From: Octopus bimaculoides
Taxonomy: Eukaryota
Direction of reading: 5' to 3'
Length of the DNA: 63,466 nt
Assembly: GCF_001194135.2 (NCBI RefSeq)
Contig: NC_068986.1
Location: 78,082,007-78,145,472 of the forward strand
Made by a program: the position numbers and the translations under genes. The notes beneath the pieces are model-generated. The model worked only from the letters and a program-made list of their open reading frames with translations, was not told the DNA's origin and made no database searches. This document shows positions 11,537 through 25,500 of this stretch, piece after piece. Position 1 is the stretch's first letter; each line of letters begins with the position of its first letter.

Positions 11537-12787
11537 AGAAATAACAATGTCAAAAACAATATGGAAGATGAAGTGTAAGCAAAAAGTAATTATTAGTTCG
11601 ATGCTCAATAAGTGGTAAGTATATATAAATATGTATATGTGTGTGTGTGTGTGTGTGTATGCATGCGTGTGTGTGTGTGTATACACACATAGTCAAATAT
11701 ATGCATATATATACACATACATTCACACACACACATATATATATACACACACATATATACACACACACATATATATACACACATACCTATATATATATAT
11801 TTATGTACGTATATCTGTCAGGGGATATTGTGTGTGTACAAGTATGCATATTAATAGATATTAGCTGAGTACGCACACACACACACACACACACAAGTAC
11901 ATACTCCTTTTCATTTGAATGTACACCATTTGTGTATGTGTATATATGTACTGCATGTGTTTGTATGTATGGTTGAGTGTGTGTGTGTATGTGCACATGT
12001 GTGTGTGTGTAAATTTATCAAAATATTATTGGATATTTGAAAACAATGAATACATTTCTAGATATTATGCGATAATGTGCGTGTACACAAATAGGAATTG
12101 TCAGCATGGATGTGTTATATTTATGGCAATCATAGCTGGAACCATGACAGTGGTGACAGCAGTAAAGTGATTATAATAAAGAACTGTTGAGTCATAGAAC
12201 ATGGTAAAAACATCAAGAAATTTATGATAAAGTATATATACATGTACATACATATTTATATATGTATATATACAATTATATGAGATATATATCAGATATG
12301 TATATACTATATGTATATAGTATATATATATTATATATCATATATGTATATACTATATATATATATCATATATTTATATTATATATATACGTATATAATA
12401 TATATGGTATTATATATATCGTTGCTATTATGCAAAAGTATCATAAGTCTAAAACGTTGTGTTTTCAGAAAACGAAAAAATAGTTCCACCATTCCATCTC
12501 TTTTTACATTAGCAACAGTTTCAGCTTAACAATAATACTTTGTTCAGTGCAGAAAATCGTAACTCCATGCATGTATGACATTTTCTGTTAGAAATATTTT
12601 CGCAATACTGTGATATGTGGGACTTACTAGACTTTTGAAAAAGAGCTAAACTGTTGTACTACACTTTGACAATTTTCATATCTTGGCATCTGAAGCAGCT
12701 GGAGATACGATAGTTTGACCAAAAGAACTGGCTATTGTAAGCAAAATGAAATATTGATAAAATGCATTATTGGTTCCGAAAAGTGCA

Positions 12788-12955
12788 TGTGCAGCCTGCA
12801 GGAAGGTGTGCCTTTCAGTTGGAGGATTGAAAAAGCATGTCAAGAGACTTCATACTGTGGCACCTGTTCCCACTGCCAGCCAGTAGAGCTGTGCATTATG
12901 CAATAAAATGTGCAAATCTTTGGCCGGGCTCAAGAGCCATACAAAGGCCTCACAT
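12788..12955 (+). pseudogene. Two tandem C2H2 zinc fingers separated by an in-frame TAG
   Basis: CAACRKVCLSVGGLKKHVKRLH (12788-12853), linker TVAPVPTASQ*S, then CALCNKMCKSLAGLKSHTKASH (12890-12955); both fit C-x2-C-x12-H-x4-H exactly. Confidence 0.8.
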
Positions 12956-13026
12956 TGCATCATCAACGACTCATTTTAATGATTCTTTCTAGCAATGACT
13001 TTGCTAATATATGAGAAAGCAGCTAC

Positions 13027-13082
<56 letters not shown>

Positions 13083-14256
13083 TACACACACGTGACAGGT
13101 TCCTCTGATTTCTCATCTATGATATTCACTCACAAAACATTGGCCAGCCCAGTGCTATATTAGAAAGCACTTGCCCTAAATGCTGCACTGTAAGACTGAA
13201 CCTGAAATCCATGTGGTTGCAGCCAAGTGTCTTAACCACTCAGCTATGCATGTAACCTATTTATTTTCATATAAAAGTAAAAAAAGGTCCATAGCAACAA
13301 CATTGCTAAATTTCAAATAAAAGCAGAAAAATATGTGTATTTTAAAATCATTTGTTTTAAATGAAAATTGTCTCAGAGACAGACTGCATAGTTTGAAAAA
13401 TTTACATTGGAGCCATATAGCTGTAGCTTTTATCTCGTAATGCCGTACATTAAGCTATTGACTTTTATTATAGACTCAGATCAACCAAAGTTTTGAGAAT
13501 TAAATTTAGTAAATGTTGTTGCTGTTTAGGCCTCAATTCAGACACAGTTTTGCTGTTTTATATATCTAGAACTTCAGTGTCCAATATATCCTTCATTTAT
13601 TCAAGGGGGTTTTGACTGATATCTCTAACAGAACAAGGAACCTCATAGAAGCTCCAGTACTGGTAGATGGAAAGTGTGCAGAAGCCTCTCAGATGTAAAT
13701 TCTTTTTGTCTGTTTAATGTCTTTTTTTATACAATGCTAGCATGGGTTAGACATGGAAATAATTGAGTTAAGATCTTATAACTGGATTCACTTTCTGTCA
13801 CCAGTACGTTCTTACTTTTCAGTAAAGAAATATTTTATACTACAAGTCTTTGAAAACACAAAGTAACTGACTGTAATGCCAATGAGGAATATAAATATTA
13901 CAACACCATTTCACTCAAAGCCATGGGATTTCAACATTCACTGATATTTGCACAGAGGTTGATGTTATCAGCTAAAACATCCTTGAAGGTGGTGCACTAG
14001 AATGGCCATGGTCTAATGACTGAATTCCTTTTAGCAAATGAAATACTTGTAAAGGTGAATAAATAATATCAAAAATTTTCACTTTTCTGTTTTGTTATAC
14101 AAAAGTCTGCAAATAATATTTTCATAATTCTCAATTTTAAAATGTATTTTGAAGTAAAATACAGCAACAACTGAGACTACATATTGCATTGTAATAATGG
14201 AATGAGGAGATGTGCTTCAAGAGGAAACAGCTGGAATTTACCCTAGCAACCGACAT

Positions 14257-14323
<67 letters not shown>

Positions 14324-14501
14324 ACACACACACATGTGTCTATTTATATATACCAATTTACCAATTATTAATTTACATTGATAATTGGTTCCAAGACAAG
14401 CCAAGCCTAATAACTAGACTTATACTAGTCTAGATGTTATGCCTGGCTTCTATGCTTAAAAAGAAATGAAATATAAAACCTATAAAAGTGCTTTATATAT
14501 A

Positions 14502-15768
14502 CAGGGTGTGATGAATAAACTGTCATCTAAATTACGCAAAAATAAAAATAACACTGGCATCTTATTTTAACAGATATATTTACCAAAATTATATAAAAAT
14601 ATCTTGAAATACTAAAGAGTAAATTTATTCTATAAAATCGCCATTGGCTTCAACCATGGCATCCAGATGACTTTGGAATCTCCTGCAATTCTTGTGGATG
14701 GTCTCCTTGTTTAAAATGGTGAATGCTGCCATAATCATTGCCTTCAGTTCATCTTTGGTGTTACAAGGGATTTTGTTGATCTCTTGCTCAACTGCACCCC
14801 ACACAAGGAGGTTGCTGTGTGTGGAGTTAGGTGGCCCGGTTTTAGGCATGGTGTGGTCACAGAAATTGTCTGATAGCCATGACTGGGTTCTCCTGCTTGT
14901 GTGGCATGGTGCAGAGTCTTGTTGCCAGACATAGGGTGTTCAGCAGCCATCCTCTTGACCCAGGGCAGTATTACCTCCTCCAGGCACTTGATGTAGGCCT
15001 CTGTTTTGAGTCTGAGGTCGTGTAGGAGGATGAATGGTGGAATAAAGTTGCCATCACTAGTGATCACTCCAAACACCATGATGTTGACTGGATGTTTGAT
15101 TTTTATCACTCTCGGTACATGTTTTGGGGACATGGTAATCCAGTGGTTGTTCTGTGTGTCCACCATCTGATCCTGGCAAAAATCTTTCTTGTCTGAGAAA
15201 AACCAAGCCATATTTGATTGGAGGGGATGCTTGAGTTTGTTCATAGTGTGGTCTTTCCCCTTATCCTTGATGGCTTGGGATAAAAATTGGCCCTTTCTCA
15301 TCTCGTATGAGAAATACTGAATGTCTTCCTGCACTGCCTGTCTAATAAGAAATTCAAACACTCCCATGTCTCTGGCAATAGGCCTGACTAACTTGGAGGG
15401 ATTGTTATCAATCATGGGCTGGATCTCACCAACAAATTCAGGAGTGCTTTTTTTTTCTCTCAGAACGATCTGAGTAAGTTTTCTTAGCTGCCATACTTTT
15501 GTAATCACCATTAGACTCATCCAGCTCTTTCCAAATCCTCTGTAATGTCCTCAGATTGATACCCAAACACTCTGAAATGTTTGTATTGGAGCTTCTGGTG
15601 CAAATTCCAAGCAGTACAGCATGTCGTTTCCAGATTTCTGGCAGAGTGGATTGTATCATGGTGGTGGTTCTCTCACAGACTGTGTCCAACTAACCCCACT
15701 ATACTGTGTAGTCGACAAAATCAAAAACAAACAATGTGCATGCGTGAAATTAAACCCACCGGCCCCTG
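14502..15768 (-). mobile_element. Near full-length Tc1/mariner (maT/DD37D-like) transposon with frameshifted transposase
   Basis: Three overlapping ORFs (15438-15689, 14744-15520, 14625-14849) give an HTH N-terminus, WFFSDKKDF, MVFGVITSDG, WQQDSAPCHTS and VWGAVE...FQSHLDAMVEANGDFIE. The left end is TA|CAGGGTGTG; the right end CCCCTG|TA is degenerate. Confidence 0.9.
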
Positions 15769-16069
15769 TACATCTGTGGTGAAAAGTACAGGACCAGTAA
15801 ATGTGGGTGAACACTATCTGTTGAGTCTAGTACTATATATTTGTGTATGGACATAGAATTTAGTATTGATGCTTTCATACAGCAACTGTTTATCCTGTAT
15901 TGGAATAAATATATAATTTACATTGCTAAACTATTGCTATATTAAAGCAATGGCATGATATTAATATTCTTTTCCCATGCAGATATAAATATATGTTAAC
16001 TATGGTGCTCCAGCATGGCCGCAGCCCAAAAGGCTGTAACAAATAAAAGATAGAAGATAATGTATAAGG

Positions 16070-16580
16070 TGCAGGTGTGACTGCACAGTAAGAAGTTTGC
16101 TTCCCAACCACAAGTTCAATCCCACTGCGTGACACCTTCGGCAAGTGTCCTCTACTTAGCCTTGGGCTGAACAAAGCTTTGTGAGTGGATTTGGAAGAAG
16201 CCCATAGTGTACACACACACACAAACATACACACACACACACACACACACACAGAGACACACACACACAGACACAACCACACACACACAGACACAAACAC
16301 ACACACAGTCATAAATAACACACACACTCACATATATATATACACACACATGTGTGTGTGTGAGTTTGTGTGTTTGTGTCTGTGTTTGTCCCACGCCACT
16401 ACTTGACATCTAGTGTTGGTTAGTTTACATTCCTGCAACATAGCAGTTCAGCAAAAGAGAGAGATAAAATAAGTACCAAGCTTAAAAAAAAAATAGTACT
16501 GAGGTTGTTTCGGTCAACTAAAAACTTATCCAGGTGGTGCCCCAGCATGGCCCAGTCTAATGACTGAAACAAGCAAAAAA
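16070..16580 (+). mobile_element. SINE family A, full composite copy with internal (CA)n/(TG)n
   Basis: Both modules recognisable on either side of the microsatellite. Confidence 0.8.
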
Positions 16581-17354
16581 TAAAAGATAAAACATATAGG
16601 ACAATGTAGACCAATGAGATAGCTTCTATGTGGTTGTGTGATGAACTAGAAATAACAACCAGATCTTTTGAGGAATGAATGTGTTTACACATTCTGAAAT
16701 AGAAAAAAAATGTGATCGTCATGGCTAGATTGTCTTTCAGCATAGCTTCATTTGTCCAACATTAACAGGGGGCTAAACAACAACAATGTATAATACTTGC
16801 ATTTCGTCTCAGATTTTTGGTTTGTTTTGGAGAGGAAAAGCCTGCAGCTTCAGCCAAGAATGATTTCACAGCTGGATCCCATTGCTCATGAGGATCACAA
16901 CCAGATGACTCAACAAGGTATTATTCAACTGACAAGGTGTTACCCATTATTATTGCAAGCAAATGTACTTAACATACAGTGGCTTACTTCACCAAAGTAA
17001 AAATATGCTGCAAAACAGCAGAAATCGGAGGAAGCTAGCGATTCTCTGCGATGGCAAAGAAGAATACAAATAATTCAGTCAAGGTAAGATAATGGTTGTG
17101 TTAAGAAGCTTGGTTTGCTCTCAGTGTGTGGCATCCTGGGAAAGTGATTTCTATCTATGGAATCGGTCAACACAAACTGTGCAAGAACTCATTGTCTCTA
17201 TACATAAATAAATAGATACATATATACATATGCACACATTTATGTGTGTATATCTATGTATATAAAGTATATACATGCTTGTATATATATACGTGTGCAT
17301 ATATAAATATGTATATGTGTACATATATATGTGTGTGTAAGTGTATGTGTGTGC

Positions 17355-17750
17355 ATGTGGCTGTGTGGTAAAAAGCTTGCTTTCCAACCTCATGGTTCTA
17401 AGTTCAATACCATGAAACCACAAGCAAGTGTCTTGTACTATAGCCTCGGGCCAACTAAAACCTTAAGAGTGGATTTGGTAAATGGAGACTGAAAGAAGCC
17501 TGTTGTATATATATACATGTGTGCATGTGTGTGTATGTGAGTGTGTTTTCATGTCTGTATTTGTCCCCCACCACCAGCTTCACAACTGATGTTGGTATGT
17601 TTACGTCTGGCAAAAGAGACCGATAGAATAAGTACCAGACTTAACAAATAAATGAAAAAAAAATATAAGTGCTGGGGTCAATACCATTGGCTAAAAACCC
17701 ATCAAGACAAGTGTTCAGTGTTGTTGTAACCCAGTGACTGAAACAAGTAA
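17355..17750 (+). mobile_element. SINE family A, full composite copy
   Basis: Head GTGGCTGTGTGGTAAAAAGCTTGC through tail GACTGAAACAAGTAAA. Confidence 0.75.
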
Positions 17751-18747
17751 ATCAGTAACAGAGTAGCATAAATTCTATACCATGAAGCAGAAGAAATCTA
17801 ATGTAAAGATTTAACTATGCTACCTAGGGAGTTACATTTATTTCATCACTGTCGTAAGTGGGACCATTGAAAAATTGTTCAGTATCTCATTAACTTACAA
17901 TTCTGAACTTAAATAACAATCACGGATTGGAAGAAAGCATTAAAAAAGACTACTTTAGTGCATTCTGCATTAAATTATTATATAAAGTGGACGTATTGAG
18001 CAGTGCTCTAATGAACCAAGGAATTCCTAGGTCTAATTTATCATTAATCTGTTATAAAATGAAACTGTTTTCTCCTGTAGGAAAACGAGTGTTGTTAAGC
18101 TTGACAGCATATTTGATTTAACCAAAAATACTTATACTATGATGAATACACCACCCCACACACTTATATACTTATATATGCGTGTTTGTGTACAAATATG
18201 TATGTATATATATATATATATATATANNNNNNNNNNATAATATATATATGTATATATATAACATATATAAATATATATATATATATAATATGTACATGTA
18301 TGCATATGTATATATATATAATATATATATGTATATATATAACATATATAAATATATATATATACAATACACACACATAAATACATACGTACATATACTC
18401 AACACCGATAATAATATTAAAAAAAAATTACTTATAGTTGTACTTAGAGGAACATTTCTGATTCTCATGAAATATATTATAAGCTTCATTAAGTTTAGCT
18501 GTCAATGACATAGATAGAGACAAAATCTGGCTGATGATCAACTCATATAAACTGCTGTAGTTTAGGCATCCATAGACTGATTCATGAGCATTTGTTATGA
18601 AAATATTGTTTTATAACATTTTTGGTAGTTAATATATAATATTCGTTTTAGAATATAATATTCAATTCCACTGTAGTATATATATATTTGGCACAACTCA
18701 AACATAGCACTGTGTCATACAGATTTATTGCATGGAAACACAGTTAA

Positions 18748-18959
18748 CTCTTTAGCATTTAAACCAGCCATATCTGGCCAAAATATTCCTCCTGTTTTAT
18801 GTTCAAACCAAACAGATCTACCCTCTCACACCTACCCTACAATGTCATTCTAGAAATATACAATCACATCAAAATCTAGAAGTGACAATGCACAATCAAT
18901 TCAAAACAATGTGAATAAATAAACATTATATTTGACAGGGTAATCTGAATGTGAAAGGG
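18748..18959. mobile_element. piggyBac-type MITE, 212 bp
   Basis: TTAA|CTCTTTAGCATT ... AATGTGAAAGGG|TTAA. Confidence 0.8.
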
Positions 18960-19439
18960 TTAAATTAATAAAAATTAAAATTCAGAAAAGTGTGAGAAAA
19001 CTGAGGGCAGTTTGAGGTCCACAAAAATTATATACTGATGTTCTTGAGTTTTGGATATTTTGGAGGACTAATTCTTCATTTGAGGTAGAGACAACGAAAT
19101 GTCATTTTTCTGTCCTTTCTCAAAGAGACAATACTGAAATGTTCTTATTTTTTCATATGACATACAAGCTTATCTAATTTACAATTTCATCTGAGATGCT
19201 GCAATTGCTTTTGTTGGACAGTAGAAAGCCTCAATCAGTTCTGGTAAAAAAAATCATGGAGTAACAGTAATGGTGAATCCCGTTTTTCCATAGTCATTCA
19301 TCAATTCATTATACCACCCATATGAAATGATTGAAGAGTGTCTATGCAATCAAAGACATGCTTATGCTGGTTATAGTACTTTAACAACACTGTTCTATGA
19401 AATAAATACTGTAAGATTAAACAACTGCTTGCTGATTTG

Positions 19440-20047
19440 GGGATGACATTTGACAGGATAGCGCATTCAGTAATTTGGTGGTCATTAAGGAAAGTAAGTG
19501 TAGAAGAATAGCTTGTGAGGGCTGTATAAACTATGTACCACAATGCAGTAAGTAAAGTGAGAGTCAACAACAATTTCAGTAACAAATTTGATATGAGGGT
19601 AGGAGTCCATCAAAATGTAGCCCCCAGTTCTCTCCTATTCATCATCGCCCTATATGCAAAACAAAGGAGTTTAAGACTGGATGTCTGTGTGAACTCTTAT
19701 ATTTTGATGATCTAGTTTTCATAGGAGAATTAGAGAAGTTGAATCTAGGAGCAAATTGCCTCAAGGTAATCTCAGCGAAAGCTTAGTTTTAACAAGTAGA
19801 AAAGAAGACAAGATCTTGGTAACTTCAGGGAAATGGTCTTGCTTAATATGCAGAAAAAATGTCGGTAGAAACCCATATGCTGTACCCACAAGAGGTTTCA
19901 TTGAATTACAGGCATATGAAAGAGAGTAAGTATCATATATATATATATATATATATATATACTTTATTTAAAAGCAGCAGAAATATAACAAAAGACTGTT
20001 ACTCTGAGTTTCCCATTCCCGTTCATCGGACAGTCTTGTTAACTCCA

Positions 20048-20091
<44 letters not shown>

Positions 20092-20340
20092 GAAGCTTAT
20101 TCAGTGGACCACTATATACTGTGAGCAGATCAGAAGTAAATGCTCAGATAGCTCACTAGAAGTAGTCAATGGCTTTTGTTACTTAGAATATGTAGTCTCC
20201 AAAGGAGATAACTGATCTGCAAAAATAGCAGCCAGTGTAAGAACAGGTTGGAAAAAGTTCAGAGAGCTTCTGCTATTACTGGTAACAAAAGTTTCTTCTT
20301 TCCACAGAATGAAGAGCAAATTGTATGTGCTTGTGTCAGA
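19440..20340 (+). mobile_element. Decayed RTE-clade LINE, reverse transcriptase region
   Basis: FDR...VEE*LVRAV*TMYHNAVSKVRVNNNFSNKFDMRVGVHQ...LLFIIAL, then a LYFDDL-like (YADD) segment and a C-terminal FCYL..TGWKKFRELL-like segment; interrupted by (TA)n. Confidence 0.85.
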
Positions 20341-22112
20341 ACTGTGATGCTGCAGGGTAATGAGATAAGGGCTTATAAGATACTAGCAGTTCTGCTCACA
20401 TCAAATCATGTCAAACCATCCAGTCCATGCCAGTAGGGGACATGGACATTAAATGATAATGATGATGATGTTCACACACACACCTTTTAAATATTAAGAC
20501 TTTTCCTTGAAAATAACAAAGACCTCAATGATTTTTGTGTGCAAGTACTTTTGGTTGTCATCAGCTTTTCAAACACATAGTATAAACCAGCATTTTCTTA
20601 GCTGTTGATATGAATTACCATTACTTTGGTGTTGTTAAAATATTTCAGATAGTGTGACTATATGAAGAACTTGAGTAAAGTACTACAGTCTACTCAGTTG
20701 TAGTGATTTCTAGCTGAGTGCTAGTACTCATTACAAAACCTGGCAGAGTAGGGTGCTGTAATGCATTGCAGTTGGCCTCCTACCTTCCATCTGTTACATC
20801 ATGGCTTTTCCACACAGATGATATATGTTTGTTTTTAACTATGTAAACACTTAAAACAATTAATGAAAGCAAGCTACATGTTACCCTTCATACTCACTCA
20901 TGAGTGACAGCTGGCTGTACTTATATTCTGTCAATTTGTCTGTCTGTCTGACTGTCTGTCCACACTTACATATATATGTGTATATATGTATGTATGTATT
21001 CTTGCATGCTTGTATGTATGTAAACATGTATTACTTCCATACATAAATAATCTAAAATTTGACCAAGCTAGCAGGTGAGCAATTAATACTTTTGTTATTG
21101 ACTTCTAAAAGATGAAAGATACTTCTTTCTTTTATTATAATATCATTCACTTCTAGGATGCCTTATTGGAATATTAAATCCTGTTTATTTTATCGACCGT
21201 AGAAGGTTGAAAGACAAAGTTGACCTTGGTAGGAAACTCAGAACTTTGAAGACCATAACTAAATACTGCAGGCATTTTGTCCGATGCTCTAAAGATTTTG
21301 CCAAGCCACCAGATGGCTATACAAGTTTTCATTACAGAATCTTAAGTATATAGACACTGCATAATTTAATTTTCCCAACTAGACAAAAGCCTACACATCT
21401 AAACACCAACCCATTTAAAATTAATGTGGTTCATAAAACAACTATCATTAATTGAACAGAGTAGTTTAAATACTTGGCTAACAAACAATCCCCATAAAAT
21501 AAATCGTTTGTTCATGTGCCATTTCATGTATTTAGACTGAAAGCCTATGTTTCCAGATCAAAATAAAAATTACCATACATTGACAGAGAGAAAAAAGAAA
21601 CGAAAAGTAGTTAGATACAGTGTTGGAATCCAAAAATGTGAGTATCATTTCAGCCTAAATACTTCTTAGAGATTTCCTTTTAATTGTATCTATATCTTAT
21701 TCAGGAATGTGTAAAGAAATTTTCTGGCTTGCTGGCTTAGAAAAAAAATATCACTGATGTTTAATTATTACCTATAAGATTTTAAAACAAATTTCTGTAC
21801 AAAACAGAATTATATGGAAACAGAAAACTCATGCTCAATTTTTGATCATTGTAATGTATAAGAATGTACATACTGATGGTTTCCAATTATGAAACGATCT
21901 TTGCATCATTTCCCCAGTTACTTCAGCATGGAATAAGTGTGGGTGGATGCATTTACTGAAGCCACTGTAGATGACATAAACATCAACAAGACTGAAGTTT
22001 GTTTTATGCATGCCTTATGAAGATGACAAATCTCATAAATGACAAAGCTGGGAGGGAATTAAGGAAGTGATAGATGAACAATTTTTTCTTGCTATTTCAC
22101 CAATGAGTCTTT

Positions 22113-22171
<59 letters not shown>

Positions 22172-22325
22172 CACACACATGCACACACACACACATACAT
22201 ATGTACAAACACATATAAATGTATATATATATGTACATATATATATGAATATATATATATTTATGAATATACATATCCATATACATACACACACATATAT
22301 ATGTATACACACACACATATATATG

Positions 22326-22359
<34 letters not shown>

Positions 22360-22746
22360 TATGTTTACTAACACAAACATATATTTATGCATAATATGTA
22401 TATGCACACATGTACACTCATGCACACATACCTTAAGATTTATTTTTCTTGTATGATATGGTATGAATTGCTGATAGCCAAATTTTTCACTCTCTCTTAA
22501 ATATTCTCGGAATAAAGAATAACGAAAAAACAAAAAGAGAGAGAAGATGAAGAAAGAACTAAGCATTGTATTAGTCTTTAGGGATAAGTAAGAAGAGATC
22601 GTTGTACAAAAAAGCCCTAAAAACAAGCATGAAAAATATATGAAAGAAAAGCCACTATTAATCTTTATTGTTTATGCTTCTTTGCTGTTTATGGAACCTT
22701 AAATGGAAGCAATATGTTTGTGCATGTGTATGTATACATATAATAC

Positions 22747-22823
<77 letters not shown>

Positions 22824-23854
22824 CATATGTATAAACACAAATATGCATTAAGAGGGGAGAAAAAAACGCAATGGTCTATTATAATCCTATGGTTTGAAAC
22901 CTTATTGCCAGGCAAAGGTCTATAAATTAGTTCACTTCAAAACCTTATGAGAAAGACAAAACCTATAAACCATTGGTTTATGAAGTTTGCAGGAACGATG
23001 AAGGTTTCCTGACAAGAATCCTCAAAGTCTTTAATAGCAAGACACTATTTATATTGCTCTTTACATCGAAATATTTCATGAAACAGCATGATAGCAGGTA
23101 AGCTTAGTAGGGAACAAACGCAATATATATATAAAATATATACACATACATTGCACATACATACAGACACATGCACACACTTATCCATATATAAATGTTA
23201 TTACTTGGTTGAGCTATAAACCTTCAAGGTTGAAATAACAATATCTAAAATCAAGTTGTTGATGGGATTTGGTGAGTGAAGGCTCTGTACGAGCTCATCA
23301 AAGGATCAGCTGGTTTAACACATTGCCTGGACCTAGGAAGCCTTTAGCAAGTCTATTGTATTACATGTATTCAGTTCAAGTCCCTAGACAGAATGTAATT
23401 TCCTTCCTAGCTCTCTATCTATTTCCTATCCGCTCTCCAGTGTTGGAATCCCTGAAAAATGGTTCTGGAGGCTGCTTTTCCTCCTTTGATTAACCAATAC
23501 AAACAAAATTATTTTGGAGGTGGCTGTTAAAGGTTTGGGGATAATTGTGATAATGGCTTAGCAACACTAGTGGAAGTGATGGTTGTGGTTGTTACTTAGC
23601 CTTTCCAAGCAGACTTATGATCAAAGGTATCCCAACAAAAATCATACCATCATTTTCCTATATGCAGGAAACCCAAGATCTCACTAACTACAGTTGTATT
23701 TATGAAGTACGAAAAATACACACATAAGTTTGGCCACAGCCATGTTTTAAGTTTTGGATCAATAGCTAAGGCTAATAGAAGAGGCATAAAATATTAGCTT
23801 ATAGTAGGGTGGTCCTGTGATAAGTAATCATCATATCAAGTTCTTAATCAATAA

Positions 23855-24018
23855 GCGCAGGAGTGGCTGTGTGGTAAGTAGCTTGCTTACCATTCACATG
23901 GTTCCGGGTTCAGTCCCACTGCGTGGCACTTTGGGCAAGTTTCTTCTACTATAGCCTCGGGCCGACCAAAGCCTTGTGAGTGGATTTGGTAGACAGAAAC
24001 TGAAAGAAGCCCGTCGTA

Positions 24019-24057
<39 letters not shown>

Positions 24058-24420
24058 NNNNNNNNNNNNNNNNNNNNNNNNNNNNNNNNNNNNNNNNNNN
24101 NNNNNNNNNNNNNNNNNNNNNNNNNNNNNNNNNNNNNNNNNNNNNNNNNNNNNNNNNNNNNNNNNNNNNNNNNNNNNNNNNNNNNNNNNNNNNNNNNNNN
24201 NNNNNNNNNNNNNNNNNNNNNNNNNNNNNNNNNNNNNNNNNNNNNNNNNNNNNNNNNNNNNNNAACTTAGCGGTTTGGCAAAAAGAGACCAATAGAATAA
24301 GTACTAGGCTTACAAAGAATAAGTCCTGGGGTCGATTTACTCGACTAAAAGGTGGTGCTCCAGCATGGCCGCAGTCAAATGACTGAAACAAGTAAAAGAG
24401 AGAGTAAAGAGTAAAGAGTA
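23855..24420 (+). mobile_element. SINE family A, young copy with an assembly gap inside its (TA)n
   Basis: CpGs retained (CCGGGTTCAGTCCCACTGCGTGG, GGGCCGACC, CCCGTCGTA); the 3' module resumes after the gap at 24265. Confidence 0.9.
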
Positions 24421-25001
24421 ATCAGAATTAAATTACTTGGCCTGATATTTTGTGTATGTAAATTAAAAATGGGTGATTATGTATTGACTCATAGAAAGCG
24501 GACATTAATAAAGTGTTCGTAAAAGAAAAGAGGTGATAGTTAAAAAAACTAGCACCACTCTAAACAAAACCGTAACCTGATTGCTTGCAACAGAATGAAC
24601 TCCCTAAAGGTACCCAAAAGTAGTGTTCAATAGGCAATAGATGAAGTGCACCACTACCAACCACCACCACTAGGGTATGGAAATGATAACTCCAGCAGTA
24701 ATTTGGGTACTTGTATCTTTTGAAATGGAGATAATTTACACTAGAATAGTGTGTTTGGAGTAATATCTTGCATCTTTATGGTTTCTTAGATGAAGTTATG
24801 TTAAAAGAAAAAAAAAAGTTTAATGGAATGGAATTTAACTGAAATCCTAATAGCAAAATTAATTTGTGGAGCTTTAACTTACTAAACTTATGAATTACCT
24901 GATCTATTTTGGCAGTCAGAATTGTTTTTATAGAAACTGTTTCAGTGAATTGGAATGTAAAAGGTGTGAGAACAAGAATTGAGGTCTGTGGTGGGAAAGA
25001 G

Positions 25002-25069
<68 letters not shown>

Positions 25070-25290
25070 CAATAAATGGTAGTGTAACTTATAAGAACAA
25101 TGTAGTAAACAGCAAAGAAAATGGAGATAGAACTCAGCCAATGGTCAATGGATGCCAAAATTACATTGAAATTGGCACTTAATGAGTCAGTACAGAAGGT
25201 CTAAACATTGTTTGTAATGATGAGTTTCATTTTTTGCCAATCAATTTCTCCTCAAAGAACAAAAGAAAGAAAATTGCCACCATTATTTTA

Positions 25291-25365
<75 letters not shown>

Positions 25366-25500
25366 TAATCACCATCATCATCATTATCATCTGAACCATC
25401 TCCTACAAACATATCCTCACTATCACCCTATGCTCACACCACCACCACCACCACCATTATCATTTACATCATCACCACCATTACCAGCTACATCATCACA
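25002..25500. repeat. Trinucleotide microsatellite cluster: (AAT)n, then (TTA)n(CTA)n(CAT)n(CAC)n
   Basis: Direct inspection. Similar arrays at 5623-5810 (ATG), 27700-27797 (CTG/CTA), 34075-34170 (AAT), 44335-44455 (CAT/CGT), 50020-50210 (AAT/GAT), 50467-50628 (GA), 44979-45061 (CCAA) and 10843-10888 (CTAT). Confidence 0.95.

Noticed and set aside
12230-12420. AT-only quasi-palindromic stretch (similar at 18190-18370 and 54130-54250)
   Set aside because: Self-complementarity is expected from decayed (TA)n; no specific structure is supportable.
16975-17090. Possible exon (minus-strand FVFFFAIAE resembling Cav3 S2; plus-strand AG|GTAAGA donor)
   Set aside because: A stop follows within three codons, there is no WNRLD motif, and no consistent acceptor, donor and open frame on either strand.
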